From positions 91,575-155,574 of the forward strand of contig DFYY01000022.1 of assembly GCA_002383485.1 (NCBI GenBank): 64,000 nucleotides of DNA, in the 5' to 3' direction. Each line of letters opens with the position of its first letter. The stretch's first letter is position 1. A program made the position numbers and the translations under genes. This stretch comes from Bacteroidales bacterium UBA4070 (GTDB lineage: Bacteria; Bacteroidota; Bacteroidia; Bacteroidales; VadinHA17). Of this stretch, positions 7,981 to 17,008 are shown one piece after another. Under the pieces are notes generated by a model. The model had not been told where the DNA came from and made no database searches. It saw nothing but the letters and a program-made list of their open reading frames with translations.

Positions 7981-10136
7981 AGAGCATGACTGACAACCAA
8001 AACAGGACCGCACCCCGTCCGGGAATAAAGAGAAGAAGCTTCATCAAGGCACTGGGGGGAGGCATCGTCCTCTTCTTTGCTCCATGGAACGCAATTGATC
8101 TTATGGCGCTGCCTGCACCTCAGCGCCGGAGTCTGACGAAGGACTACAACGCCTTCCTTCATATTGCAACTGACGGTACGGTGAGTTGCTACACGGGAAA
8201 GATAGAGATGGGGCAGGGGATTATCACATCGCTGGCCCAGATGATGGCAGAGGAGCTTAATGTGCCGCTGGCGAAGGTCAAGATGGTGATGGGTGACACG
8301 GATCTGTGCCCCTGGGATGCAGGCACCTGGGGTTCTCTCACCACCAGGGCTTTCGGTCCGGCCATGAGGGCAGCTGCCGCTGAGACAAGGATGGTACTCG
8401 TGCAGATGGCTTCGGAAAAACTGGGAGTCGTGCCTGAAAGACTCGAGGTGACTGACGGTGAGGTATCTGTTTTGGGCGATCCTGCGGTACGCGTTTCCTA
8501 TGCCGAGCTGGCACAGGGAAAGAAAATGGAGAGGTATCTCGAGATAAAGCCTGCTCCGGAAGATTATACAAAGTACACACTGGTAGGCAAGCCGCTTAAG
8601 CACAGCGATGCATATGAGAAGGTTACTGGCAGGGCGAAGTATACCGGTGACCTGAGATTGCCCGGAATGCTTCATGCCCGGATATTGCGGCCCCCGTCAC
8701 ACGGAGCAAAGCTGGTGACGGCAGATCTTTCAGCTGCCGAAGCCATGGAAGGGGTCAGCGTTGTGCGTGAAGGCGATTTCATTGCGGTGCTGAGTGAAAA
8801 CCGTGATCTGGCGGATATCGCTATTGTCAGGATTAGCGCTGAATATTCATCTGATGAGCTTAATGTAGACAACTCTACTGTATTTGATCACATAAACAGG
8901 GGAGAGTACAGGCCCAACGTCGTGCGCAACGACGGAGATGTGGAGCTTGCAGCACCGCAGTGCGGAAGTCTGTTTGAGCACGAGTATCATGACCCCTATC
9001 TTGCGCATGCACCGATAGAGACACACACTGCTCTCGCAAACTTCGAGGATGGGAAGGTGACGGTCTGGGCCTCTACTCAGTCGCCTTTCGGCTTGCAGGA
9101 TACAATTGTCATGGAATTGGGTATGAGCCTTGAGACAGTGAGGGTGATCACTCCGTTTGTTGGCGGCGGTTTCGGAGGAAAGAGTCCGTCGCAGCAGGGT
9201 GTGGAGGCTGCGAGGCTGGCACGTTTGACCGGTAAGCCTGTGATGGTAGCCTGGACACGTGAGGAGGAGTTCTTCTATGATGCATTTCACCCCGCTTCTG
9301 TGGTAAAGGTAAAATCGGGCACAGACAGTGAAGGGAAGATAATGATGTGGGACTATAACGTCTACCTGGCCGGCACCCGCGGTGCTGATGTGATATATGA
9401 TGTCCCCAACGCCAGGGTCACGAGCCACAGCGAGGACAGGTCAAAGTACAGGGTTCATCCCTTCGCCACCGGTGCATGGCGTGCCCCGAACAACAACACG
9501 AACACCTTCGCCAGGGAGACGCAGATTGATATTATGGCCGCAGCAGCCGGGACTGATCCACTGGAATTCAGGCTCAGGAACCTGAAGGATGAGAAGATGA
9601 AAGGGGTCCTCAGGGCGGTAGCTGACAAATTCGGGTATGAACCGGGAAAGACGCCCTCAGGCAGGGGCATTGGCATAGCATGCGGTACCGATGCCGGCAC
9701 CTGGGTGGCATTCATGGCAGAGGTATCCGTTGACAGGACGACTGGCGCAGTAAGAATTGTCCGCCTCGCATGCGCACAGGATATGGGTCTGTGTGTCAAT
9801 CCGCAGGGAGCACTGCTCCAGATGGAGAGTTGCCTGACGATGGGCATGGGTTATACTCTGACAGAAGAGGTGAAGTATGTTGGCGGCGATGTGAAAGACA
9901 GGAACTTTGACAATTATTCCATTCCGAAGTTTTCATGGCTCCCGAAACTTGAATGTGTCATAATGGACAGGCCTGACCAGCCTTCGCAGGGAGGAGGAGA
10001 ACCTGCGATTATCGGAGTGGGAGCGGCGGTAGGCAATGCCATCTTTGATGGCACCGGCGCAAGGCTTTTCAGAGTGCCTTTTACACCGGAGAGGGTGATG
10101 GAGGCCATGGAAAAGTCGGAAGGTCGGAAGGTCTGA
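7977..10136 (+). CDS. molybdopterin-binding large subunit (IorB-like) with a Tat-type signal
   Basis: 719 aa. The N-terminal twin-arginine motif is KRRSFIKALGGG. GQG-type Moco-binding segments are present (KIEMGQGIITS). Its start overlaps the 2Fe-2S subunit stop. Confidence 0.8.
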   Translation: MKSMTDNQNRTAPRPGIKRRSFIKALGGGIVLFFAPWNAIDLMALPAPQRRSLTKDYNAFLHIATDGTVSCYTGKIEMGQGIITSLAQMMAEELNVPLAKVKMVMGDTDLCPWDAGTWGSLTTRAFGPAMRAAAAETRMVLVQMASEKLGVVPERLEVTDGEVSVLGDPAVRVSYAELAQGKKMERYLEIKPAPEDYTKYTLVGKPLKHSDAYEKVTGRAKYTGDLRLPGMLHARILRPPSHGAKLVTADLSAAEAMEGVSVVREGDFIAVLSENRDLADIAIVRISAEYSSDELNVDNSTVFDHINRGEYRPNVVRNDGDVELAAPQCGSLFEHEYHDPYLAHAPIETHTALANFEDGKVTVWASTQSPFGLQDTIVMELGMSLETVRVITPFVGGGFGGKSPSQQGVEAARLARLTGKPVMVAWTREEEFFYDAFHPASVVKVKSGTDSEGKIMMWDYNVYLAGTRGADVIYDVPNARVTSHSEDRSKYRVHPFATGAWRAPNNNTNTFARETQIDIMAAAAGTDPLEFRLRNLKDEKMKGVLRAVADKFGYEPGKTPSGRGIGIACGTDAGTWVAFMAEVSVDRTTGAVRIVRLACAQDMGLCVNPQGALLQMESCLTMGMGYTLTEEVKYVGGDVKDRNFDNYSIPKFSWLPKLECVIMDRPDQPSQGGGEPAIIGVGAAVGNAIFDGTGARLFRVPFTPERVMEAMEKSEGRKV

Positions 10137-10157
10137 AGGTCAGAAGGTCAGAAGGGC
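10118..10157 (+). repeat. tandem 8-bp repeat (NGAAGGTC, 5 units) spanning the stop codon of the Mo subunit
   Basis: GGAAGGTC GGAAGGTC TGAAGGTC AGAAGGTC AGAAGGGC. The TGA stop at 10134-10136 is the start of unit 3. Confidence 0.8.
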
Positions 10158-10243
10158 GGGAATCCTGAAGTTCCTGCCAGTGGGAAGGAGAAGAAGAGAC
10201 CGAAACGCCGCAGAATCCGAAAGGCGTGAGACAAATAAAAAAA

Positions 10244-10280
10244 GGAGGGAAGCCGTTAAGGCAACCCTCCTTTTAATTTT
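10244..10280. terminator. bidirectional hairpin terminator between convergent genes
   Basis: GGAGGG (10244-10249) pairs with CCCTCC (10265-10270). An A-run lies upstream and TTTTAATTTT downstream. It sits between the Mo subunit (+) and susD-like (-) stops. Confidence 0.6.
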
Positions 10281-10294
10281 AAGTTATACGCAGG

Positions 10295-11737
10295 TTATCT
10301 GCCGGCAGTGTACCATGAGTTCTGCTCAAGCAGGTCATTGACCTCCATCTCGCGGAAAGGAATCGGGAGAATCAGGTTGCCTGCATTGTAGGCATCGGTG
10401 CCGACGTTCGACTTCCACCTTTTAAGGTCATGAAGCCTGTGTCCTTCCCAGCAGAGTTCGAGGTATCTCTCTTCCCTGATCTGTTCCCTGGTAACATCAG
10501 TTGTGTAAAGAGGAGCATTAGCCCTGCCACGGATTTTGTTGATATCCTGTGTCGGGGTGTTCGGACCTATGTCAGTTGCAGGGTCCTCGAAATTGGCTTC
10601 TGCTCTGATAAGATACATTTCAGCCAGCCTGATGAGAGGAATATTCCTGTAATAGTCACCCCACTTGGCAGTGTTGATGCCACCCTTGTTCAGGATAGTT
10701 CCTACTCCCTTGTAGTACATCATTGTGATGTTGTCTATGGTGTATCCGGTCTCGGTATTTGACTGGTAGCGGCCGCGAAGGTCAGAGCCATTGAATCTGT
10801 CAAGGAAGACCTGCTGCACCTCGTAGTCGCCACGGCCCGCACTTGCCAGTGATGCATACATTACCGGCAGCCAGCTGATTGCGGAGGTCATGTTCTTCTG
10901 AATTGCGAAGATGTCCTCGGGTGAATTCTCAGCGTTATTGAATGCTTCCAGTGGTGTTGCCGTCAGGTCGAAGAGGCCGTTCTGTATTACCCTGTCGGCT
11001 TCCGTTGCTGCCGACGCCAGGTTGCCCATCTGCAGGTAAAGCCTTGCAAGCACGGCGCTTGCACTCATTGAAGAGGCATAGACATCATTGGCGTCAGGAA
11101 GCAGACCGCGTGCAGCAGTCAGGTCTTCAATCGCCTGGGCATAGCAGTCCTCGACGGTGTTTCTGGCCACCGGTACTGCGTCTGCGACATCGCTGGTGGG
11201 GGTAAGTACAAGAGGAATACCCAACTGGTTATTCGGTTGGTTCGGCTCATAAGGTAGTCCGAAGAACCGGGTCATCTCGAAGATGGTCCAGCCCCTGAGG
11301 AAGAGCGCTTCACCCTTCACTAAGTCAGCATCATCTGCATCAAGCAATGCAAGGACATCTTCCTGCAGCAGAGTGTTGCAGGTGTTGATGAGGCTGTATG
11401 CCTCGGTCCAGGTGTATTCCACATAGCTGTTGGTGGTAGTAGCTTCTTTCCTGTAGAATTCGCGGGGCTGCTCATAGGTGCCCATGAATCTCATATCGGT
11501 GGTGGCAGCATAAAGCTCGCTGTACTCATTAAAATATGATCCGAATATACCGTCGCTGCTGGCCTGCAGGTAAGCACCCACAAGTGCTGCCTTGATGTTG
11601 TCAGGCGTTGTAAGAGCCACCTCGGCATCAATTGACTGTTTTGGCTTGATCTCAAGCTTTTCCGTACACGAAACGAGCATTGCCAATACCGGAACAATCA
11701 AGATCCAGAATTTGTATTTGTTTATCGTATTTTTCAT
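10295..11737 (-). CDS. SusD/RagB family nutrient-binding outer-membrane lipoprotein
   Basis: 480 aa. The lipoprotein signal is LVSCTEK. The sequence is TPR-like and SusD-typical, and the gene lies immediately downstream of a SusC-type gene. Confidence 0.85.
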   Translation of the reverse strand: MKNTINKYKFWILIVPVLAMLVSCTEKLEIKPKQSIDAEVALTTPDNIKAALVGAYLQASSDGIFGSYFNEYSELYAATTDMRFMGTYEQPREFYRKEATTTNSYVEYTWTEAYSLINTCNTLLQEDVLALLDADDADLVKGEALFLRGWTIFEMTRFFGLPYEPNQPNNQLGIPLVLTPTSDVADAVPVARNTVEDCYAQAIEDLTAARGLLPDANDVYASSMSASAVLARLYLQMGNLASAATEADRVIQNGLFDLTATPLEAFNNAENSPEDIFAIQKNMTSAISWLPVMYASLASAGRGDYEVQQVFLDRFNGSDLRGRYQSNTETGYTIDNITMMYYKGVGTILNKGGINTAKWGDYYRNIPLIRLAEMYLIRAEANFEDPATDIGPNTPTQDINKIRGRANAPLYTTDVTREQIREERYLELCWEGHRLHDLKRWKSNVGTDAYNAGNLILPIPFREMEVNDLLEQNSWYTAGR

Positions 11738-11755
11738 GACTATTGGTATTTAGCG

Positions 11756-14700
11756 TTAGAATGAGAGATTTATACCAAGAGTATAGGTCCTTGCCTGCGG
11801 AGCAGTATAGAAATCATATCCCTGGATGATGTTGTTGTTCTGCGTTGAACGTCCGGCACCAAGGTAGTTGACCTCAGGGTCCCATCCCTTGTATTTGGTG
11901 AGCGTATAGAGGTTCTGCACCCCGAGGTAAACCCTTACAGAAGTCATGTTAAGACGTGCGGTAAGGCTTTTCGGCAGGGTGTAGCCGAGGTTGATGTTCC
12001 TGAATCTGACATATGATCCGTCAGAGAGATAACGGCTTGAAACCTTTGTGCCGTTTCCGTCACCGAGGCGTGCCTGGGGTACATCAGTGATGTCACCCGG
12101 ATTCTGCCATCTGTCAAGCTGATCAATAGTCTGGTTGTCAAACCAGTCACCGTTGGCCGACTGATAAACGCCACCGCCGTTGTAGATCTCATTTCCGTAT
12201 ACAAAGCTGATGAGCACATTCAGGTCAACGCCGGCGAACTCGAAGTAGTTGTTGAAGCCTCCCGTAAAGTCAGGGTTCGGGGAGCCGCAGATCTGCTTTT
12301 CTGCCAGGTTGTAGTTATTCGTAGTCTCATCACTGTCTGCGCTCAGATAGTACAGTGCGTCGCCGTTGTCCGGGTCAACGCCTGCATATTTTACAATTTT
12401 GAACACTCCGATGGGCTGTCCTTCAATCACGTAGTTTATGGAGTTGGGAGTGATCTCGGGGCCGTTGATGTCGATGATTGTATTCTTGTTGAATGCCAGG
12501 TTGAAATCGGTTGTCCAGATAAGTCTGCCGGAGAGATTGTTTGAGTGGAGGGCGAATTCAACACCCTTGTTCTCAAGTTCTCCCACGTTGCTCCATACAC
12601 CTTCGAAGCCTGAAGTGGCGGGAAGGGTCCTGTAGAGAAGCAGGTCAGTGGTTCTTTTCTGATACCAGTCAAATTCACCGGTGAGCCTGTTGTTGAAGAA
12701 GCCGAAATCAAGACCGATGTCAAGCTGGGCTGTATTTTCCCATCCCAGTTCCCTGCTTTGAAGCTGTGTGACTTCAAGACCTGTGCGTCCGGCGTAATTA
12801 ACACCTGAGTAGAGTGCCAGGTGCGCATAGTCTGGAATTCCCGAGTTTCCGGTAATGCCGTAGCTGGCTCTTACCTTCAGGTAGCTGAGCACATCCTTGA
12901 TGCCAGCCATGAAGTCTTCCTGCGATATAATCCAGCCTGCTGATCCAGCTGGGAAGAAGCCAAAGCGGTTATCAACGCCGAACCTTGATGAGCCGTCTAC
13001 GCGGCCGCTGAGCGTAAAGAAGTACTTCTCATTGATCTTGTAATTGGCACGGGCAAAGTAGGAGAGATATGATGTTGCCTCTTCCCATCCGCCGTATGAT
13101 GTTACTTCAGCTGCATTGTCGATGTTTGTGAAGTCATCTGTCGGGAATCCCTTGCCGATTATGTCAGAGCCGATGCTGTTAGACTGCTGGTATGACATGC
13201 CGCCCACAAGGTTGATGTGGTGCACGCCCAGTGTCTTGATATAGGTAAGGTAGTTTTCCCAGTTGTAGTTGATAACCCTGACCGAGCGGTTCTGTGCTTC
13301 GCCGGCAGGTCCGCCGGTGATTGTTTTTCTTCCCCAGAAGTTCTTCTCGCGCAGGTCATATATGTCAGTTCCGAACTCACTCTTGAAGGTAAGATCCTTG
13401 ATGATGTTATATGCTGCGTAGATGTTTGCGAGCGATCTGAAGGAGGTCTGGTTGTTGGTTTCGTCCCTGAGTGAGATGAGGCCGTTATAGTATATCGTCT
13501 CAGTGTTCAGTTCACCTGTTTCCGGATCATAGACCGGGGTGAGGGGTGACTGTGCGACCAATTGGAGAGGGGTTGCAAATGCGTTGTCATTCTGAACCCT
13601 TTCCATCTCGGTGCGGATGACGTTCATCTGCATCCCGAAGCTGAATTTGTCAGTTGCCTGCTGGTCAAGGTTAAGCCTTGCGCTCATCTTGTTCATGTTG
13701 TTACCGCGGAGGATACCCTTGGTATCGTCATAGGCGAGGCCGGCATAGAACCTGGTTTTGTCAGTACCGCCTGAACCGGATACGTTTATCCTGTTAAGTG
13801 ATCCCTTCTGGAATGCTTCCTTTTGCCAGTCTGTATCGAAGCCGTCATCCCAAACCGGTCCTACATACATTTCCCAGATGTCTTCTTTTGGCAGCCACTC
13901 CCAGACGAGTCCGTCAACTGTGACGTTATCCATTGATTCATTGAACAGCTCAAGGTACTGATCAGCGTTCAGCCACTGAACCAGGTGACTCGGTTCACTG
14001 ATCCCTGTTGTATACTGTACATCAAATTTCGTTGCACCCGCCTTACCTCTCTTGGTCTGGATGATCACAACGCCGTTGGAGGCTCTGGAGCCGTAGATTG
14101 CTGCGGCTGATGCATCCTTGAGGATCTGTATTGACTCCACATCGGTCATTGCCAGGTCAGCAAGCGGGCTGGTAGGCTGGTTGCCTGAGTTGGAGAGGTT
14201 CTCTGCAGTGATAGGGACGCCGTCAACCACATAGAGCGGCTGGTTATTAGCTGATACTGAGGATGATCCGCGAATTCTCATTTTTACGGTTTCGCCCAGC
14301 TTACCGCTGGCCTGTTCGATGAAAACACCGGAGGTTTTTCCCTGTATTGCTGACTCAAAGCTGGCCACCGGTACTTCGGCAATACCCTTGGTCTCTACCT
14401 TGGTAATTGCTCCGGTAAGCTCTCTCTTAATGGCTGAGCCGTAACCGACGACAATAACCTCGTCGAGGCCAACGTCGTCAAGCTCCAGCGTCACATCGAT
14501 AATATTCCTGTCACCGACAAGAACCTCCAGTGACTTCATCCCCACAAACCTGAAGACCAGTATGCTTCCCGGATCTGCTGAGATGGTGTACTTTCCGTTA
14601 AGGTCAGTCACTGTACCGACAGATGTTCCCTTAACCAGGACCGTTGCCCCGATAACGGGAAGGCCGTCACTTTTGTCTGTGATCGTTCCTGTAACTGTTT

Positions 14701-14767
14701 TCTGCTGTCCGAAGGCAGAAAAGACCAGAGTACAGATGATCAGACTTGTTAAAAGTAATTTTCTCAT
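11756..14767 (-). CDS. SusC/RagA family TonB-linked outer-membrane protein
   Basis: 1003 aa with a CarboxypepD_reg-like N-terminus (VTGTITDKSDGLPVIGATVLVKGT). The plug motif is ILKDASAAAIYGSRASNGVVIIQTKRGK. The C-terminus ends ..INLSF. Confidence 0.9.
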   Translation of the reverse strand: MRKLLLTSLIICTLVFSAFGQQKTVTGTITDKSDGLPVIGATVLVKGTSVGTVTDLNGKYTISADPGSILVFRFVGMKSLEVLVGDRNIIDVTLELDDVGLDEVIVVGYGSAIKRELTGAITKVETKGIAEVPVASFESAIQGKTSGVFIEQASGKLGETVKMRIRGSSSVSANNQPLYVVDGVPITAENLSNSGNQPTSPLADLAMTDVESIQILKDASAAAIYGSRASNGVVIIQTKRGKAGATKFDVQYTTGISEPSHLVQWLNADQYLELFNESMDNVTVDGLVWEWLPKEDIWEMYVGPVWDDGFDTDWQKEAFQKGSLNRINVSGSGGTDKTRFYAGLAYDDTKGILRGNNMNKMSARLNLDQQATDKFSFGMQMNVIRTEMERVQNDNAFATPLQLVAQSPLTPVYDPETGELNTETIYYNGLISLRDETNNQTSFRSLANIYAAYNIIKDLTFKSEFGTDIYDLREKNFWGRKTITGGPAGEAQNRSVRVINYNWENYLTYIKTLGVHHINLVGGMSYQQSNSIGSDIIGKGFPTDDFTNIDNAAEVTSYGGWEEATSYLSYFARANYKINEKYFFTLSGRVDGSSRFGVDNRFGFFPAGSAGWIISQEDFMAGIKDVLSYLKVRASYGITGNSGIPDYAHLALYSGVNYAGRTGLEVTQLQSRELGWENTAQLDIGLDFGFFNNRLTGEFDWYQKRTTDLLLYRTLPATSGFEGVWSNVGELENKGVEFALHSNNLSGRLIWTTDFNLAFNKNTIIDINGPEITPNSINYVIEGQPIGVFKIVKYAGVDPDNGDALYYLSADSDETTNNYNLAEKQICGSPNPDFTGGFNNYFEFAGVDLNVLISFVYGNEIYNGGGVYQSANGDWFDNQTIDQLDRWQNPGDITDVPQARLGDGNGTKVSSRYLSDGSYVRFRNINLGYTLPKSLTARLNMTSVRVYLGVQNLYTLTKYKGWDPEVNYLGAGRSTQNNNIIQGYDFYTAPQARTYTLGINLSF

Positions 14768-14875
14768 GTTCTGTAATGATTTAGAGTTAGATAAATGAAA
14801 TAATAATAATATAGACCGCTAAAATATCTTTGTGTGGCATTTAGATCATTGAACAAATGTAAAAAAATGTTAAAA

Positions 14876-15448
14876 TTAATCATTGGTCGCTGAATTTATG
14901 GTAACATGCGGGCTTGCTAAACAAAAGAAAGAAAAATTAACATTTCCGTATTTTCTGTTTTCAGTGAAGAATTTTTCGTGACTGAAATCATATGCAGCCG
15001 GGTGTTCCAGGATGAAAAGGGTGGATTCACTCACCGCCTCTGAGCTGAGAATCATATCGGGGATCTCCGCCAGCCATTTCAGTGCATAGGGAGGATCAGC
15101 AAAGATGATATCATACTTTTTATGGCAAATTTTCAGCCAGTCGCGCACATCCAGGCGGTGAACCTTTGCAGATTCAAATCCGAAGCTGCGGATTGTTTTG
15201 CTGATGAATTCACAGTTCCGTCTCTCGGTTTCCACTATATCGATATCCCTGGTTCCTCTTGAGGCGAACTCGTAGCTGATGGCTCCGGTTCCGCCGAAGA
15301 GGTCAAGCAGTGAGACTTCAAAAAAGTCATATCGGTTGTTAAGGATATTCATCAGCCCCTCTCGGGCGAAGTCAGTTGTTGGCCTTGCCCTGAATCCTGC
15401 CGGCGGCTCGATGAGCCGTCCCCTGAAGTTACCACCTGTTATTCGCAC
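14876..15448 (-). CDS. rsmD: 16S rRNA (guanine966-N2)-methyltransferase RsmD
   Basis: The N-terminus is MRITGGNFRGRLIEPP..RPTTDFAREGLMNIL. The SAM-binding segment is DLFGGTGA and the catalytic motif is FADPPY. Confidence 0.85.
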   Translation of the reverse strand: MRITGGNFRGRLIEPPAGFRARPTTDFAREGLMNILNNRYDFFEVSLLDLFGGTGAISYEFASRGTRDIDIVETERRNCEFISKTIRSFGFESAKVHRLDVRDWLKICHKKYDIIFADPPYALKWLAEIPDMILSSEAVSESTLFILEHPAAYDFSHEKFFTENRKYGNVNFSFFCLASPHVTINSATND

Positions 15449-16299
15449 GAAGCAGCAGTAAAAAGGTTAAGCCAGCGATGCAGCTGCACTTCGTTCATGA
15501 CATAGCTGAAGCTCTGTCTTATTACGGGTGATGCGAACCTGACATTATGGGCAAATGAGAGGAGTGCAATGTGTGCTTCGCCATAAGGTTCCACGGTGCC
15601 GCTGACAAGTATTGTTTCATCATGGCGTATCCCATTCCTGTCCATCACGCTGAACAGATAATAGGCGCCGTCCTGAGGTGAAGAAGTGGCGAAGCTGTTG
15701 CAGAATGTAAGGTTTCGCTTTTCAGCCGTTATCACGGTTACAAAATCCTTTTCGAAGTGAATATGCACATAGCAGCCGTCGTTTGTGCGGCAAACCGCAG
15801 AGACATGGCTCAGCAGCGGTTTGGTATGGTGCCACGGTGAGATTTCGCGCCAGCGGGCGGGGATGCTTTCAGTCACCTCCCTTGAAGGCGAAAAGAGTAC
15901 GACTGCATCCGGAAACGGGAGAGAATTAGATACAATAACACCACAGTCAGCCGTGCTGAAGTTAAAACGGAAGTAATCTTCGCGGAGGCCATTCTCATAC
16001 ACGGCTGCCGGAATCAGCGTCGCGTTCAGCGAAGGAGCAATAATGAAGACTTTCCTGTAGCGTCTCATAAGAAAGTCATCGGCTTCGATTATCTCTGCAA
16101 ATCTCCTTCCGGTTGTTACAGATTCATCATCGTGCGGATAGTGTCTGAGCATGACATACTTGTCCCGAAGGAGATCAAGCACGGCAAAAGAGACACCCTC
16201 TTCAGAAAGCTCCAGTGTAAGGTCGTAATTGTCAGTCGCGTTAATGTTGAGGGTCTCGTCGATAAGTTCCAGGGGATATGGCTGCGACCTGGCCATCAA
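15439..16299 (-). CDS. DUF3822-like protein
   Basis: 286 aa. The N-terminal pattern is YDLTLELSEEGVSFAVLD, and the position directly upstream of rsmD is as I recall it in Bacteroidota. Assigned from memory, not by search. Confidence 0.5.
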   Translation of the reverse strand: MMARSQPYPLELIDETLNINATDNYDLTLELSEEGVSFAVLDLLRDKYVMLRHYPHDDESVTTGRRFAEIIEADDFLMRRYRKVFIIAPSLNATLIPAAVYENGLREDYFRFNFSTADCGVIVSNSLPFPDAVVLFSPSREVTESIPARWREISPWHHTKPLLSHVSAVCRTNDGCYVHIHFEKDFVTVITAEKRNLTFCNSFATSSPQDGAYYLFSVMDRNGIRHDETILVSGTVEPYGEAHIALLSFAHNVRFASPVIRQSFSYVMNEVQLHRWLNLFTAASCE

Positions 16300-16931
16300 T
16301 CCTCCCAGTTCCCGGCGTTGTTGTTGGGCACCCTGACGTCGCCAACCTTCATGCCCGGGAATCCCGTGATCTTTGTCCTTTGATCGTTGTAGTTGACTAC
16401 AAGCTGCCTGTCGAGATCACTCAGGAAAACATCATTGAGCGCATAGGCTTCAAATACGTTTACAAGCACCATGGAGGTGGTCATTACCCTTGCGGCTGAC
16501 ATCTGGAATTCTGTTTTTCCCATTCCCGGGATATACCTCAGCTGATCAATAGGATAGCCTTTGTCGAATATTGAATCACGGACGGGGATGTAGCTTGTAT
16601 CCCTGCTGATCAGGCCTTTCTTAACGGCTTCTTTTTCAGTTGTGATGCCTGCAGCAATCATCTCATCGGTGAGTGAACCGCGCTTGAATACAAGGGGCAG
16701 GGAATCAGTCTCAAGGAAGGTTATCAGGGTGTCAAAGCTGCCGGTATAGTATCCTTTAACTGATTTAAAGGCTTCCTGTGCAGTCCTGATGTCAATAAGC
16801 CTCTCCTTTATTGCAGCTTCCCTTGCATCCTTCTCCTTGTTGAAGCGGATGGGTTTCATGATGCTTTCCACAAGAAAATATGCGAGCACAACAATGATAA
16901 TACTAAATGCGATGTTGAGAGCCGTTTTCAT
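16296..16931 (-). CDS. hypothetical membrane-anchored protein
   Basis: 211 aa with a single N-terminal TM helix (IAFSIIIVVLAYFLV). It is translationally coupled to the DUF3822-like gene. Confidence 0.5.
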   Translation of the reverse strand: MKTALNIAFSIIIVVLAYFLVESIMKPIRFNKEKDAREAAIKERLIDIRTAQEAFKSVKGYYTGSFDTLITFLETDSLPLVFKRGSLTDEMIAAGITTEKEAVKKGLISRDTSYIPVRDSIFDKGYPIDQLRYIPGMGKTEFQMSAARVMTTSMVLVNVFEAYALNDVFLSDLDRQLVVNYNDQRTKITGFPGMKVGDVRVPNNNAGNWED

Positions 16932-17008
16932 GTCTTTTGAACGATTGTTGAGTAACTTTGTGCAAATTTATAAAAAAAGCAGACTGTTATCCGGTTTGTC
17001 AAAATAAA

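Noticed and set aside
5912-8675. Long antisense ORFs inside xdhC, mocA-like and the Mo-subunit genes (205, 281 and 253 aa on the minus strand).
   Set aside because: - Each lies fully within a confidently assigned plus-strand gene.
- Their composition is typical of shadow frames in GC-balanced DNA.
- The same reasoning applies to 45621-46298 (-), 48576-49295 (+), 31477-32112 (-) and 39463-39903 (-).
10118-10157. Could the tandem repeat be a CRISPR array or a coding heptad repeat?
   Set aside because: - The units are 8 bp with no spacers, so it is not a CRISPR array.
- Only the first two units are coding.
- No cas genes or spaced repeats occur anywhere in the window.
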